Part shown: positions 1 through 12,200 of the stretch, in pieces
Numbering within the stretch: position 1 is the first letter of the stretch
Layout of the letters: the number at the start of each line of letters is the position of its first letter
Source: Candidatus Margulisiibacteriota bacterium
Lineage (GTDB): Bacteria; Margulisbacteria; Marinamargulisbacteria; SXXA01; SICP01
Direction: 5' to 3'
Length of the DNA: 64,000 nucleotides
Assembly (NCBI GenBank): GCA_009691415.1
Contig: SICP01000005.1
Location: 2,940-66,939 of the forward strand
Notes under the pieces: model-generated
Database searches by the model: none
Told to the model about the DNA's origin: nothing
The model's input: the letters and a program-made list of their open reading frames with translations, nothing else
Program-made: the position numbers and the translations under genes

Positions 1-381
<381 letters not shown>

Positions 382-394
382 TGTAGACTCCTAT

Positions 395-706
395 TTACGC
401 AGCCGAAATCTTTTCAACTTTAATCGTCGTCAAATACTGACGGTGACCTTGGGTTTTTTGATACCCTGTCTTACGTTTAAATTTAAAAACCTTGATCTTA
501 TCAGCGCGTATCTGATTCAAAATTGTAGCTTCAACTCGAGCACCCTCTATATAAGGTTGACCAAGCTTTATATCATTTGCATTAAAAACAGCAAGAACCC
601 GATCAAATAAAACAGTCTTTTCCTCTGTTTCTAATTTCTCGATATCTAAAATCGTACCTTCTTCTACTATGTATTGCTTACTACCTGTCTCAATTACCGC
701 ACGCAT
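395..706 (-). CDS. rplU: 50S ribosomal protein L21
   Basis: MRAVIETGSKQYIVEEG... is typical L21; rplU-rpmA-obg synteny. Confidence 0.97.
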   Translation of the reverse strand: MRAVIETGSKQYIVEEGTILDIEKLETEEKTVLFDRVLAVFNANDIKLGQPYIEGARVEATILNQIRADKIKVFKFKRKTGYQKTQGHRQYLTTIKVEKISAA

Positions 707-805
707 GATAACCCTCCGCGCTGTTTCTTTTACTTAAAGTCAAAGAAATCATGATAAACGTGGATAAGAAACGTGTCAATACGTTTTAAGTTTGCGTATT
801 ATGAC

Positions 806-834
806 TTGCGACATCCCCCCCCATATATTATGCT
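806..834 (+). promoter_or_regulatory. Candidate sigma70-type promoter for ppa (TTGCGA-17-TATGCT) with a C8 tract in the spacer
   Basis: Hexamers read by eye, 38 nt upstream of the ppa start; weak match. Confidence 0.25.
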
Positions 835-871
835 TAGTTTTCTGTAAATTCAAAAAAAAAGGAGCTTCGTC

Positions 872-1519
872 TTGCAACATTATTCCTTGACACCCTCACA
901 CCCCTGGCACGGTATTTCTCCAGGAGATAATGCCCCAGAAATGGTTTATGCTTTTATAGAAATTGTTCCGTCAGATCCTGTTAAATATGAAATCGATAAG
1001 CAAACAGGACATATGAAAGTAGATCGGCCACAGAAGTTTTCAAATTTCTGTCCATCACTTTACGGCTTCATTCCGCAAACGATTTGTAGAGAACGCGTTG
1101 CAGAATATGCAATGCAGGTTACAGGTAGAACAGGAATTGAAGGTGATAATGATCCTATCGATATTTGCGTGTTAACAGAGCGCCCCATTAATCATGGCTC
1201 TGTAATTGTTCATGCGCGGCCCATTGGTGGATTTAGAATGTTTGATGGAGGAGAGGCTGACGATAAAATTATTGCAACCTTAGAAAGTGATGGGATCTAT
1301 GGGAATTATCAAGACATTAGTGAAGTTCCAATTAGTATTATAAATCGCTTAAAGCATTATTTTTTAACATATAAGCAAATTCCTGATCCAGAAAATACGC
1401 AAGAGCAAAAATGTGTAATTTCTCATACCTACGGAGCAGAAGAAGCGAAAGAAGTGATAAGGCGTTCCATGCTAGACTATCAAGACCTATTTAAAATAAT
1501 GAAAAAGGAGCAACAATAA
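872..1519 (+). CDS. ppa: Inorganic pyrophosphatase, family I
   Basis: Motifs DNDPIDICVL and GEADDKIIA; TTG start preceded by AAAGGAG. Confidence 0.93.
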   Translation: MQHYSLTPSHPWHGISPGDNAPEMVYAFIEIVPSDPVKYEIDKQTGHMKVDRPQKFSNFCPSLYGFIPQTICRERVAEYAMQVTGRTGIEGDNDPIDICVLTERPINHGSVIVHARPIGGFRMFDGGEADDKIIATLESDGIYGNYQDISEVPISIINRLKHYFLTYKQIPDPENTQEQKCVISHTYGAEEAKEVIRRSMLDYQDLFKIMKKEQQ

Positions 1520-2727
1520 TGAAGGGTCCAAGCTTTACGATGAAGATTTTTTTGGGGATGGTTTTAGGCGTTGCTGTAGGCCATTTTTGGGGACAAGATG
1601 CGGCACAGCTAGATATCTTGAGCTCCGTGTTCTTGCGCCTGATTAAAATGGTTATTTCTCCACTAGTATTTTCGGCTATCGTTGTCGGAATTGCAAAGTT
1701 GGGAGACTTTAAAGCGGTAGGACGTATTGGTATCAAAACCTTAATCTATTTTCAATCCGCAACATTGGTGGCACTTATTACAGGTTTATTGCTAGTTAAT
1801 TTTGCACAGCCTGGTAAACACATGAGAATCGAATTGCCAAAACAGGGCACAGATGTTGGTATTCAGGTGACTGCAGACCATAGCTTGAAAACATTTGTTA
1901 CACATTTAATTCCTTCTAGTCTTTTTGATGCTTTAGCTAAGAACGAAATTCTTCAGATTGTAATATTTTCTTTATTCTTTGGCGTTGCTTTGGCTTCTTT
2001 GGGCAAAAAGGGTGAGGGGTTACTAAAAGGCATTGATGCACTATCTCATCTAATGTTTGCAATGACGCGTTATGTTATGTCATTCGCGCCGTTTGGTGTC
2101 TTTGGTGCGCTAGCAGCTGTTGTTGGACATTACGGAATTGGAATTTTGGCGGGATATCTTTACTTAATCGCTTGTTTTTATGGGGGGCTTTTCTTCTTTG
2201 CATTTGGTCTCTTAGGGCTAGTTTGTTTTGCCTGTCGGATTCCCTTCATCAAGTTAATTACATATCTAAAAGAGCCTATATTATTAGCGTTCAGTACAGC
2301 TAGTTCTGAGGTTGCGCTTCCAAAGGCAATTGAACGTTTAGAAAGATTTGGATGTAGTGATCGTATTGTAGGATTTGTATTGCCTTTAGGCTATTCATTT
2401 AACTTAGACGGATCTATTCTTTATATGACATTTGCTACAATGTTTATTGCACAGGCTTATGGCATTTCTCTTTCATTTCATCAGCAAATTATTATGTTGC
2501 TTATGATGATGGTCACAAGTAAGGGGATGGCAGGCGTACCTAGAGCGTCCTTGATTGTAATTGCAGGGGCGCTAGCGTCCTTTAATATACCGATAGAAGG
2601 TCTTGCAATCGTGATAGGTATTGATCAAATATTGGATATGGGTAGATCCGCCACCAACGTAATTGGTAATGGTGTTGCGACTGCAGTTATATCAAAGTGG
2701 GAAGGGGAGCTACAGCTATCAAATTGA
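1519..2727 (+). CDS. Dicarboxylate/amino acid:cation symporter (DAACS family)
   Basis: Polytopic membrane protein with SSEVALP, NLDGS and GRSATNVIGN motifs typical of the GltP/DctA family; TAATG overlap with ppa. Confidence 0.85.
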   Translation: MKGPSFTMKIFLGMVLGVAVGHFWGQDAAQLDILSSVFLRLIKMVISPLVFSAIVVGIAKLGDFKAVGRIGIKTLIYFQSATLVALITGLLLVNFAQPGKHMRIELPKQGTDVGIQVTADHSLKTFVTHLIPSSLFDALAKNEILQIVIFSLFFGVALASLGKKGEGLLKGIDALSHLMFAMTRYVMSFAPFGVFGALAAVVGHYGIGILAGYLYLIACFYGGLFFFAFGLLGLVCFACRIPFIKLITYLKEPILLAFSTASSEVALPKAIERLERFGCSDRIVGFVLPLGYSFNLDGSILYMTFATMFIAQAYGISLSFHQQIIMLLMMMVTSKGMAGVPRASLIVIAGALASFNIPIEGLAIVIGIDQILDMGRSATNVIGNGVATAVISKWEGELQLSN

Positions 2728-2815
2728 AGCTGTTGACACTCAAAAGTCAAACATGATAAATTTTGATTTCTGCAATTTTTTTATGACAGTGGAATCCATG
2801 CCTATTTACAATTCT

Positions 2816-2892
2816 AGGCCCGTAGCTCCAACTGGTAGAGCGTCGGTCTCCAAAACCGAGCGTTGTCGGTTCGAATCCGGCCGGGCCTGCCA
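2816..2892 (+). tRNA. trnW: tRNA-Trp (anticodon CCA)
   Basis: Cloverleaf folded by hand: acceptor aggcccg/cgggcct, anticodon loop ctCCAaa, T-loop ttcgaat, encoded CCA. The position before secE is conserved. Confidence 0.9.
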
Positions 2893-2894
2893 GA

Positions 2895-3182
2895 TTGGAA
2901 AATGTAATGGTTAATTCAGATGGTAATGAAATGAAGAGTAAATTAGATAAAAATAAACAAGTGATGCAAAAGCTTATAGCAAAAAAAAACAATTCTCCAA
3001 AAAATGTAGGTGCTTTTGCTGAAGATTTAAAAATTGAATTTAAACGGATTACATGGCCCGATCGCAAAACAGTTATAAAATCTACAGTTCTGATTCTCGT
3101 CATTGTTGTAACTGCTACACTATTTATAAGTATGCTGGACGCAGCTTTTTCTGAAGCTTTACTCTTTTTAAAACATATATAA
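2895..3182 (+). CDS. secE: Preprotein translocase subunit SecE
   Basis: C-terminal ITWPDRKTVIKSTVLILVIVVTATLFISMLD (TM helix) plus position before nusG; the start may be an internal ATG. Confidence 0.8.
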   Translation: MENVMVNSDGNEMKSKLDKNKQVMQKLIAKKNNSPKNVGAFAEDLKIEFKRITWPDRKTVIKSTVLILVIVVTATLFISMLDAAFSEALLFLKHI

Positions 3183-3195
3183 AGGTGAATTTGAG

Positions 3196-3786
3196 ATGAC
3201 AGAAATGAAAATTATAACAGACGATAATGAAGCATTAACAGAGGTAGACCCTCTAGAAAATGCACATTGGTTTATTGTGCAGTGCTACACTGGCCAAGAA
3301 TATAAAGTTCAAGAAAGAATTAATGACATAAGTGAGCTAAAAGGATATCAAGAAAAGATTTTCCGCGTCTTAGTTCCAGAAGAAGAAATTATTGAAATCA
3401 AAAATAACAAACGCTTAGAAAAAGTAATCCGTATATTTCCCGGATATATTTTCGTTCAAATGATTATTGATGACGAAGTGTTTTATGACATCAGAAGCTT
3501 AACAGGGGTTGCTAAATTTGTAGGTTCAAAAACATCACCAACACCAGTGACCGAAGACGAAATTCTGAAAGTTCTGAGAAAGGTTGGAGATAAAACTAAG
3601 AAGATAGATATTGATTTTGAAATTGAAGAAGTTATTAAAGTAATAGCGGGTCCATTTAGAGGGTACACAGGTCCTATTTCTGAAATCAATGCAGAGCGCG
3701 GCAAATTAAAAGCCTTGATCTCTATTTTTGGACGAGAAACACCAGTGGAACTAGAATTTGATCAGGTTGAAAAAACAGTAAAGTAA
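3196..3786 (+). CDS. nusG: Transcription termination/antitermination factor NusG
   Basis: WFIVQCYTGQEYKV NGN domain and GPFRGYTGPISEIN KOW motif. Confidence 0.93.
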   Translation: MTEMKIITDDNEALTEVDPLENAHWFIVQCYTGQEYKVQERINDISELKGYQEKIFRVLVPEEEIIEIKNNKRLEKVIRIFPGYIFVQMIIDDEVFYDIRSLTGVAKFVGSKTSPTPVTEDEILKVLRKVGDKTKKIDIDFEIEEVIKVIAGPFRGYTGPISEINAERGKLKALISIFGRETPVELEFDQVEKTVK

Positions 3787-3795
3787 GGGAATAAA

Positions 3796-4236
3796 ATGGC
3801 ACCAAAATCAAAAAAGCCAATATCGGCACTCATCAAGCTCCAAATCGCTGCAGGTAAAGCAACGCCAGCCCCTCCTATTGGGCCCGCCCTAGGTCAGCAT
3901 GGCGTCAATATAATGGATTTCTGCAAAGCCTATAATGACCAAACAAAAGATCAGACAGGTACCGTTATCCCAGTAGAAATTACGGTGTATAGCGACCGCA
4001 CTTTTTCTTTTATACTAAAAACTCCCCCAACAACTGTTCTTATAAAAGAAGTGTTGGGAATCAAAAGCGGATCGGCAACACCTAATACCGTATTTGTAGG
4101 CACACTAACTTCTGCACAAGTAGAAGAAATTGCAAAGAAAAAAATGGCTGATTTAAATGCAAACGACATGGAAGCCGCCATGCGTATTATCGAAGGAACA
4201 GCTAGAAATATGGGTGTTAAGGTGGCTAAATCATGA
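3796..4236 (+). CDS. rplK: 50S ribosomal protein L11
   Basis: [22 protein letters not shown] motif. Confidence 0.97.
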   Translation: MAPKSKKPISALIKLQIAAGKATPAPPIGPALGQHGVNIMDFCKAYNDQTKDQTGTVIPVEITVYSDRTFSFILKTPPTTVLIKEVLGIKSGSATPNTVFVGTLTSAQVEEIAKKKMADLNANDMEAAMRIIEGTARNMGVKVAKS

Positions 4237-4934
4237 AGCACAGTAAAATATATTTAGAAAATGCAGCGTTAGTAGAATCAAATAAAACAATATCTCCAGC
4301 TGATGCAGTAAAAATAATTAAAAAAATGAAACCTGCAAAATTTGATGAAACTGTTGAGCTTCATTTTAATTTAGGGATTGATCCACGTCATGCTGACCAA
4401 CAGTTGCGTGGAACAATTATGCTTCCTCATGGCACAGGAAAAAAAGTGCGTATTGCTGTTATTGCTCAAGGCGAAAATGTGGAACTAGCGAAAAAAGCCG
4501 GCGCTATAGAAGCCGGTTCAGATGATTTGGTAGAAAAAATTACTGAGGGTTGGTTGGATTTCGATCTTCTCATAGCAACTCCTGATATGATGGCAAAACT
4601 TGGGAAGTTGGGTCGACAACTTGGTTCTAAAGGACTGATGCCTAATCCAAAGAGTGGTACTGTTACCACAGATGTATTTAAAACCGTCACAGAATTTAAA
4701 GGCGGAAAACTTGAATACAGAAATGATAAAAATGGTAACCTTCACCTAGGAATAGGCAAGCGCTCTTTTGATGAAAAGCAACTGTTGGAAAATTTTGAAG
4801 CAATGTATGATGCCATTGTTAAAATGAAACCCAGTAAAGCAAAAGGTGTCTATTTAAAATCAGTCACATTGTGTTCAACAATGGGGCCTGGTGTTGCTGT
4901 AGAAACAATGCGTATGAAATGGAAGGATAACTAA
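4233..4934 (+). CDS. rplA: 50S ribosomal protein L1
   Basis: [24 protein letters not shown] motif; ATGA overlap with rplK. Confidence 0.97.
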   Translation: MKHSKIYLENAALVESNKTISPADAVKIIKKMKPAKFDETVELHFNLGIDPRHADQQLRGTIMLPHGTGKKVRIAVIAQGENVELAKKAGAIEAGSDDLVEKITEGWLDFDLLIATPDMMAKLGKLGRQLGSKGLMPNPKSGTVTTDVFKTVTEFKGGKLEYRNDKNGNLHLGIGKRSFDEKQLLENFEAMYDAIVKMKPSKAKGVYLKSVTLCSTMGPGVAVETMRMKWKDN

Positions 4935-4935
4935 C

Positions 4936-5469
4936 ATGTCAAGTTCTGCAACTAGAGAGAAAAAAGTAAAGGTCGTAGGCACCATAAAAGAAAAGGTTCA
5001 AAATGCAAATTTGCTTTTGATTACTGATTTCCGTGGAATGACCGTTGCTGAAATGACGAGAATGAGAACTCAAATTCGTGACGATGGTGGAAGAATGACT
5101 ATTTACAAAAACACCATGTCTCGATTGGCTCTTAAAGAACTCAATATTGTTTTTCCCGAAACAATGTTGCAAGGTCCTTCAGCACTAATCAATACAACAG
5201 GGGATATCTCAAAAATATCAAAAATAGTTGTTAAGTTCTCAAAAGAAACTGATAACTTTAAAATTCGAGGAGGCATTCTAGAGAGTTGTGTTATAGATAC
5301 AGATACAATACAAGCGCTTGCAAGTCTACCAAGTCGTGAAGAGCTTATTGCGAATGTTATTGGTGGTATTAAAGCTCCAATTACATCGTTTGTAGCAGCA
5401 CTTTCAGGGCCTTGCAGAGGTCTTGTTTATACATTAGAAGCAATAAAAAAACAGAAAGAAACCCACTAG
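4936..5469 (+). CDS. rplJ: 50S ribosomal protein L10
   Basis: Synteny and L10-like sequence ([13 protein letters not shown]). Confidence 0.95.
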   Translation: MSSSATREKKVKVVGTIKEKVQNANLLLITDFRGMTVAEMTRMRTQIRDDGGRMTIYKNTMSRLALKELNIVFPETMLQGPSALINTTGDISKISKIVVKFSKETDNFKIRGGILESCVIDTDTIQALASLPSREELIANVIGGIKAPITSFVAALSGPCRGLVYTLEAIKKQKETH

Positions 5470-5480
5470 GAGGCTACATT

Positions 5481-5894
5481 ATGTCTACTGCAACTGAAGA
5501 AAAAACATTTAACTTATCAAAAGAAGCACAAGGAGTTCTGGACACAGTTGAAAAATTAACGGTTCTTGAATTGTCCGAATTGGTAAAAGCACTAGAAGAT
5601 AAATTTGGTGTTGTTGCTGCAGCTCCAATGTCTTTCGCAGCGCCAGCAGCAGGTGGAGCGGCCGCAGAAGCAGATAGCGGACCAACAACAGTAAGCGTTA
5701 TTTTGACTGATTGTGGAAGCAACAAAATCCAAGTTTTGAAAGCGGTTAGAGAAGTTACTGGATTGGGTCTTAAGGAAGCAAAAGACTTAGTTGATTCAGC
5801 GCCAAAGCCAGTTAAAGAAGGTATTGAAAAAGAAGAAGCTGAAAAAATCAAAAAAACGCTAGAAGAACAAGGTGCTAAAGTAGAAATTAAGTAA
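5481..5894 (+). CDS. rplL: 50S ribosomal protein L7/L12
   Basis: Start moved to ATG 5481 behind TAGGAGG; Ala-rich hinge and C-terminal [40 protein letters not shown]. Confidence 0.95.
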   Translation: MSTATEEKTFNLSKEAQGVLDTVEKLTVLELSELVKALEDKFGVVAAAPMSFAAPAAGGAAAEADSGPTTVSVILTDCGSNKIQVLKAVREVTGLGLKEAKDLVDSAPKPVKEGIEKEEAEKIKKTLEEQGAKVEIK

Positions 5895-5937
5895 TACGAC
5901 GACTACTTCTTTCCACAGTAATTCCATTTAATGTTCA

Positions 5938-5985
5938 TGACCTGGGTGGTATCCTTGCGGGATATTAGCTCAGGTCAAGTTTTTA
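5938..5985 (+). terminator. Hairpin attenuator between rplL and rpoB
   Basis: TGACCTG...CAGGTCA stem followed by AGTTTTTA. A partial terminator at this position is known in the E. coli rplJL-rpoBC operon. Confidence 0.5.
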
Positions 5986-6001
5986 TGACGAGGTGAAATA
6001 A

Positions 6002-9000
6002 GTGTTGGCATTAAAGACAAGAGAAAGAGTTCGGCTTCAACCCAAAATTTCCATTGCAGATGTAGAGATCCCCAACTTAATTAGTATTCAAGTAGATTCT
6101 TTTAAACGCTTTATCGAACAAGGTCTAAAAGAAGAGTTTAAAAATATTTCCCCAATAGTTGCATATGGCGGAAAGTATGAATTAGAATTTTTAGAAAATT
6201 ATCGTCTAGAAGAGCCCGAATATACGTTTGAAGAATGTAAGCATAGAGAAATTACCTATTCTGCATCCCTACGTGTACCTGTTCGTTTAATTAGCAAAGA
6301 AACAGGCGAAATTACAGAGCAAGAAGTCTTTATGAGCGATATTCCTATCATGTCTGACATGGGAACATTTCTTGTGAATGGTGCCGAGCGTGTAGTTGTT
6401 AGCCAATTTGTACGATCACCCGGCGTCTATTTTAGAAGACGTATTGGCTTAGTACCTGGAAAACAAACCTATTTAGCAACTGTTATACCAAACCGTGGAT
6501 CATGGTTGGAAATTGAAACAGATGCCCACCACATCGTTTATGCAAATATCAACAAAATGAAAAAAGTCCCTGTGACCGTACTACTAGGGTCTTTAGGTTT
6601 TTCAGAAGAAGACGTCTTCAAACGTTGCGTTAATCGTGAGATTATTGCAGCGACACTTGAAAAAAGTCCTATTCTTTCTCAAAAGGAATCTTTATTTGAA
6701 CTCCATAAAAAATTAAGACCTGGTGATCCCGTTACATTGGAAGGCGCGAAGCAACTATTACACAGCCTCTTTTTCGACCCTGAAAAATATGACCTTAGTG
6801 AAGTAGGCCGTTACCGTATCAATGAACGACTAGATCTCAAAGTAGATAAAAAGACGGTCGTCCTTACTGCAGATGATATTTTTGGAATCGTCAATTACGT
6901 TGTCGGCTTGGTAAACGAAGAAGGGATCACGGATGACATCGATCACCTTGGAAATCGCCGAATCCGTACCGTAGGCGAACAACTTCAAAAGCAATTCCGA
7001 GTCGGACTCGCTCGTTTAGAACGACTCATTCGTGAACAGATGTCTATTAAGGGAACAGAAAAATTCAACCCTCAACATCTTATTAACATTCGCCCCCTCG
7101 TTGCGGTAATGCGTGAATTCTTCGGAAGCTCACAATTATCACAGTTCATGGACCAAACAAATCCACTAGCAGAAATTGTACACAAACGTCGCTTGAGTGC
7201 ATTGGGGCCCGGTGGACTCACAAAAGAGCGCGCTGGTTTCGAAGTGCGGGATATTCACCCCTCTCACTATGGAAGAATATGTCCTATCGAAACACCAGAA
7301 GGTCCAAACGCGGGATTGATCGGCCCACTAGCCACCTACGCTAGAATCAATGAATATGGATTTATCGAAACCCCATACGTCAAAGTAACTGCTGGTAAAT
7401 TGACATCTACAGTATCCTATTTTGCAGCAGATATCGAAGACAAATATCATATCGCACCATGGGATTCACCAACAAAAGACGGAAAGTTCGTTGGTAAATT
7501 TGTGGTTGCTCGTTATAATCGTGAATTTATTTTGGTCTCTACTGACAAAGTGCAATACATGGGTGTTTCTCCAGGACAGCTCGTAGGAATTTCTTGCGGC
7601 CTAATTCCTTTTCTAGAACATGATGATGCCAACCGTGCACTCATGGGAGCAAACATGCAACGCCAAGCAGTGCCTCTACTCTTTACCGAAGCGCCTTACA
7701 TCGGCACCGGTATGGAACGGATTGTGGCGCGTGACTCACACAGCTTGATCAAAGCCGTTCGCGCAGGAAAAGTTTCCCGTGTTACCGGTGAAGAAATAGT
7801 TGTCGCGGAAGCCAAAGGTAAAGAAACTGTTTATCAGCTTCACAAATATTTGCGCTCTAACCAAAACACCTGCAAAAACCAGAAACCCATTGTTAGAGCT
7901 GGCGACAAAGTAGAAGTAGGGGACGTCCTTGCTGACGGAGCCTCCACTCAAAATGGTGAATTGGCATTAGGCCGCAACGTCTGTGTCGCATTACTTCCAT
8001 GGGAAGGATACAATTTTGAAGACGCAATTGTTATCTCAGAGCGCCTCATCAAAGAAGATGTCTTCTCTTCTATACACATTCACAAATATGAAGTAGATAT
8101 CAGAACTACAAAATTAGGCCCAGAAGAAATTACACGTGAAGTACCTAACGTCTCTGAAGAATCACTCAGGAATTTGGACGATCGCGGTATTATTCGAGTG
8201 GGAGCAGAAGTAAGGGCTGGTGACATATTGGTTGGAAAAGTAACACCAAAGGGAGAAAGCGAACCTCCAGCAGAAGAAAAATTACTCCGTGCAATTTTCG
8301 GAGACAAAGCCCGTGATATGAGAGACACCTCTCTACGAGTTTCTTCTGGAATCACAGGGAAAGTTATTGGAGTCCGCGTTTTCTCAAGAGAAAGCAACGA
8401 CAACCTGCCCCCAGGTGTCAATTGTTTGGTACGGGTATACGTTGCACAGCTACGTAAAATCTCTATCGGAGATAAAATGGCTGGACGTCACGGAAACAAA
8501 GGGGTTATATCCACTATATTGCCTGAAGAAGACATGCCTTTCTTACCTAACGGACAATCCGTAGATATCGTTTTGAACCCGCTAGGCGTTCCTTCTCGGA
8601 TGAACGTTGGACAGCTATTCGAAACCCTTATTGGTATGGCCTCACACATTATTGGTAGCAACTTTGAAGTACAACTTTTTGATGAAGTATTTGAAGAACT
8701 CGCTTCTGTTAAAAAAGTAGAGGATAAGTTGATAGAGGCTTCCAAAATTGAAGGTTTTGAATGGGTTAATAAAAACGGCAAAGTGAAACTTCGTGATGGT
8801 AGAACCGGAGAACCTTTGGAGCGTGAAGTCACAGTAGGCTACATGTATATGCTTAAACTCATTCACTTGGTTGAAGACAAAATCCATGCCCGTTCAACAG
8901 GACCATACTCGCTCGTTACTCAACAACCTTTGGGTGGAAAAGCACAGTATGGAGGCCAACGATTTGGAGAAATGGAAGTATGGGCACTAGAAGCTTACGG

Positions 9001-9208
9001 CGCCGCACATACACTTCAAGAAATGTTGACCATTAAATCCGATGATTTAACGGGGCGTGCAAAAGCATATGAAGCCATTATCAAGGGAAAATCATTATCT
9101 AATCCTGGTACACCTGAATCATTCAGAGTGCTACTTAGAGAATTGCGTTCAATTGCATTGGATGTCAAAGTTTTGTCAGCAAATGGAACAGAAATTGAAA
9201 CCCGCTAA
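6002..9208 (+). CDS. rpoB: DNA-directed RNA polymerase subunit beta (compact, 1068 aa)
   Basis: Conserved blocks throughout, e.g. [28 protein letters not shown]; GTG start. Confidence 0.98.
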   Translation: MLALKTRERVRLQPKISIADVEIPNLISIQVDSFKRFIEQGLKEEFKNISPIVAYGGKYELEFLENYRLEEPEYTFEECKHREITYSASLRVPVRLISKETGEITEQEVFMSDIPIMSDMGTFLVNGAERVVVSQFVRSPGVYFRRRIGLVPGKQTYLATVIPNRGSWLEIETDAHHIVYANINKMKKVPVTVLLGSLGFSEEDVFKRCVNREIIAATLEKSPILSQKESLFELHKKLRPGDPVTLEGAKQLLHSLFFDPEKYDLSEVGRYRINERLDLKVDKKTVVLTADDIFGIVNYVVGLVNEEGITDDIDHLGNRRIRTVGEQLQKQFRVGLARLERLIREQMSIKGTEKFNPQHLINIRPLVAVMREFFGSSQLSQFMDQTNPLAEIVHKRRLSALGPGGLTKERAGFEVRDIHPSHYGRICPIETPEGPNAGLIGPLATYARINEYGFIETPYVKVTAGKLTSTVSYFAADIEDKYHIAPWDSPTKDGKFVGKFVVARYNREFILVSTDKVQYMGVSPGQLVGISCGLIPFLEHDDANRALMGANMQRQAVPLLFTEAPYIGTGMERIVARDSHSLIKAVRAGKVSRVTGEEIVVAEAKGKETVYQLHKYLRSNQNTCKNQKPIVRAGDKVEVGDVLADGASTQNGELALGRNVCVALLPWEGYNFEDAIVISERLIKEDVFSSIHIHKYEVDIRTTKLGPEEITREVPNVSEESLRNLDDRGIIRVGAEVRAGDILVGKVTPKGESEPPAEEKLLRAIFGDKARDMRDTSLRVSSGITGKVIGVRVFSRESNDNLPPGVNCLVRVYVAQLRKISIGDKMAGRHGNKGVISTILPEEDMPFLPNGQSVDIVLNPLGVPSRMNVGQLFETLIGMASHIIGSNFEVQLFDEVFEELASVKKVEDKLIEASKIEGFEWVNKNGKVKLRDGRTGEPLEREVTVGYMYMLKLIHLVEDKIHARSTGPYSLVTQQPLGGKAQYGGQRFGEMEVWALEAYGAAHTLQEMLTIKSDDLTGRAKAYEAIIKGKSLSNPGTPESFRVLLRELRSIALDVKVLSANGTEIETR

Positions 9209-9223
9209 AGGAGCAAACTGAAT

Positions 9224-12200
9224 ATGTTGGTAAATACGCCCAGTGATTTTGATTTTCTTCAAATTGGTTTAGCCTCCCCAGACCGCATCCGTTTTTGGTC
9301 ATACGGTGAAGTTGAAAAACCTGAAACAATTAACTACAGAACGTTTAAGCCAGAGCGCAAAGGTCTTTTCTGTGAAAAGATCTTTGGCCCTGTCAAAGAT
9401 TGGGAATGCTCATGTGGTAAATACAGACGCGTTCGTTACAGAGGTATTGTATGTGAAAGATGCGGCGTAGAAGTGACGCATTCAAAAGTACGACGTGAAA
9501 GAATGGGGCACCTTGAATTGGCAGCTCCTGTCTCACACATCTGGTTTTTAAAAGGCATTCCTAGTTATATGGGGCTCCTTCTCGATATGTCTGCCAGACA
9601 ACTAGAAGAAGTCATCTACTACGATTCTTACATCGTGACAGAAGTAACCAACGCCCTTCAAGGCGCACTAGAACTTAAGCAAGTTCTGTCACAAAACGAA
9701 TATATTGCAGCCAAAGAAAAATTCGGCGAACAATTCAAAGGTGAAATGGGTGCCAGTGCCATTCGCAAAATCTTAACCGATTTAGACCTTAAAAAACTCA
9801 CAATAGAACTTCGCGAGGAAATGAAAAATTCTAAAGGCCAAAAGAAACTCAAAATCACAAAGCGTTTACGCATCGTGGAAGCCTTAGATAAATCAGGAAA
9901 TCAACCCCAGTGGATGATCCTAGACGTTATTCCTATTATGCCACCCGATCTTCGCCCCATGGTTCAACTAGAAGGCGGACGCTTTGCAACCTCCGATTTA
10001 AACGACCTTTACAGACGCGTCGTTAACCGTAACACCCGTCTTAAACGTTTGATGGACATTGGTGCACCAGACATGATCGTAAGAAACGAAAAACGCATGC
10101 TTCAAGAAGCAGTAGACGTTCTTATTTCTAACGGAAAACGTGGACGCTCGGTAACCGGCGCAAACGGTCGCCCCCTCAAATCCCTCGGCAATATTATCGA
10201 AGGAAAACAAGGACGCTTTAGACAAAACTTACTAGGAAAACGCGTCGATTATTCAGCACGTTCCGTTATCGTTGTAGGCCCTCATTTGAAATTTAACCAG
10301 TGCGGTCTTCCAAAAGAAATGGCCCTAGAGCTTTTCAAACCCTTCGTCATCAGAAAACTTGTTGAACATGGCGTTGTTTCGAATGTAAAAAGTGCCAAAA
10401 AGAAAATTGAAAAACGCGACATCGTTGTTTGGGACATTCTAGAATCTGTCATTAAAGGTCAATTGGTACTTCTGAATCGTGCGCCAACGTTGCACCGTCT
10501 AGGTATCCAAGCCTTTGAACCTAAACTAGTTGAAGGATCTGCGATCCAAGTTCACCCCCTTGTTTGTACCGCATTCAATGCCGACTTTGACGGTGACCAA
10601 ATGGCCGTACACGTGCCACTCTCACTAGAAGCACAAACAGAATGTCGTCTCTTGATTATGTCCACTAACAACATCCTATCTCCATCCAGTGGTCGCCCCA
10701 TCATTACCCCATCCCAGGATATGACATTAGGATGCTACTTCTTAACTGTAGACAATCCGGATCTAGAATTTGGACGCGGAAAAATCTTCAGTGACATGGA
10801 CGAAGCCTGGCGAGCATGGGAATCCAAAATTATTGGGTACCATTCACAAATCACAGTGCGTATTGAAAAAGAACGTATCGAAACAACCATGGGGCGTATC
10901 ATCTTTAACCGCGCAATTTGGGATGTTCTAGAAACATTTAACATTCCTAGAGAACCTTTTATCAATCACATTGTCGGTAAAAAAGGCTTGAGCGATCTCA
11001 TCTATAAATGGTTCATCAAATACGGCAACGAAGTCACCGCTAGCCTAGCCGATCAACTGAAACGTATTGGATTTAAATACTCAACCCTTTCAGGCATTTC
11101 AATCTCTGTAGATGATTTAAAAATACCAAAAAATAAAACATCTATTATAGAAAATGCAACAAAGGAAGTTGAGAAATTAGCCAAAGCACAGCATGGTGGA
11201 CGTATGAATCGCCAAGAAATTCAGTTGCGCAGTAACGACATATGGCGTGAAGCAACACAGCAAATTTCTAGCGAACTAGAAACCGGGTTAGGCCGTTTAA
11301 ACAATCTTTATATCATGGCCAACTCAGGAGCTAGAGGAAACATGGACCAAGTGCGCCAGTTAGCTGGAATGCGCGGACTAATGTCCGATGCTCAAGGACG
11401 TACGGTTAATATTCCGATCAAATCAAACTTTAAGGAAGGCTTGTCATTGACCGAATATTTCATCTCTTCTTATGGTGCAAGAAAAGGGCTCGTAGATACA
11501 GCGCTTCGTACAGCTGACTCAGGGTACCTCACACGACGCCTCGTAGACGTAGCGCAAGACGTTATGGTTACGACTGAAGACTGTGGCGCAACTAACGGCA
11601 TCGAGCTTACTGCTATTGCAGACGGATTCGACACCGTAGTCACGCTTGCCGAAATGCTAGAAGGTCGCTTCAGTCTAGATGCCATCATCAACCCTGCAAC
11701 CAAAAAAGTAATCGTAGAAGCAGGCGAATTGATTACAGAAGAAACCTCACTAGAAATAGAAGACAGCAGCGGTAAAGAAGGTGTCAACGTTCGCAGCATT
11801 TACAAGTGCAATGCAGAACGCGGCATCTGTCAAAAATGTTTTGGTGTTGACCTCTCCTCTGGACGTGTCATTAACATCGGTGAAGCAGTTGGCATCATTG
11901 CCGCACAGTCTATCGGTGAGCCAGGAACACAGCTCACCATGAGAACATTCCATACAGGTGGCGTAGATTTACGGAAAGCATCCAAAGTTGAAATCAGAGC
12001 TAAAATTTCTGGTAAGATCGAAGTTCCAGAAGGTCTAGAAATGAGCCGACTCACAGACGAAGAAGGTGAAGCCATTTGGGTAACCACTAAAGAAGGTCTT
12101 ATTACACTCACAGACAAAACCAAAGTAAATACCTATCGCGTGCCACAAGGCAGTACCGTAATTGTAAAATCTGGAAAAGAAATTAGCAAAGGTGATTTAA

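Noticed and set aside
5412-5480. N-terminal extension of rplL suggested by the ORF track
   Set aside because: It overlaps the rplJ 3' end. ATG 5481 has a TAGGAGG RBS and gives the canonical L7/L12 N-terminus.
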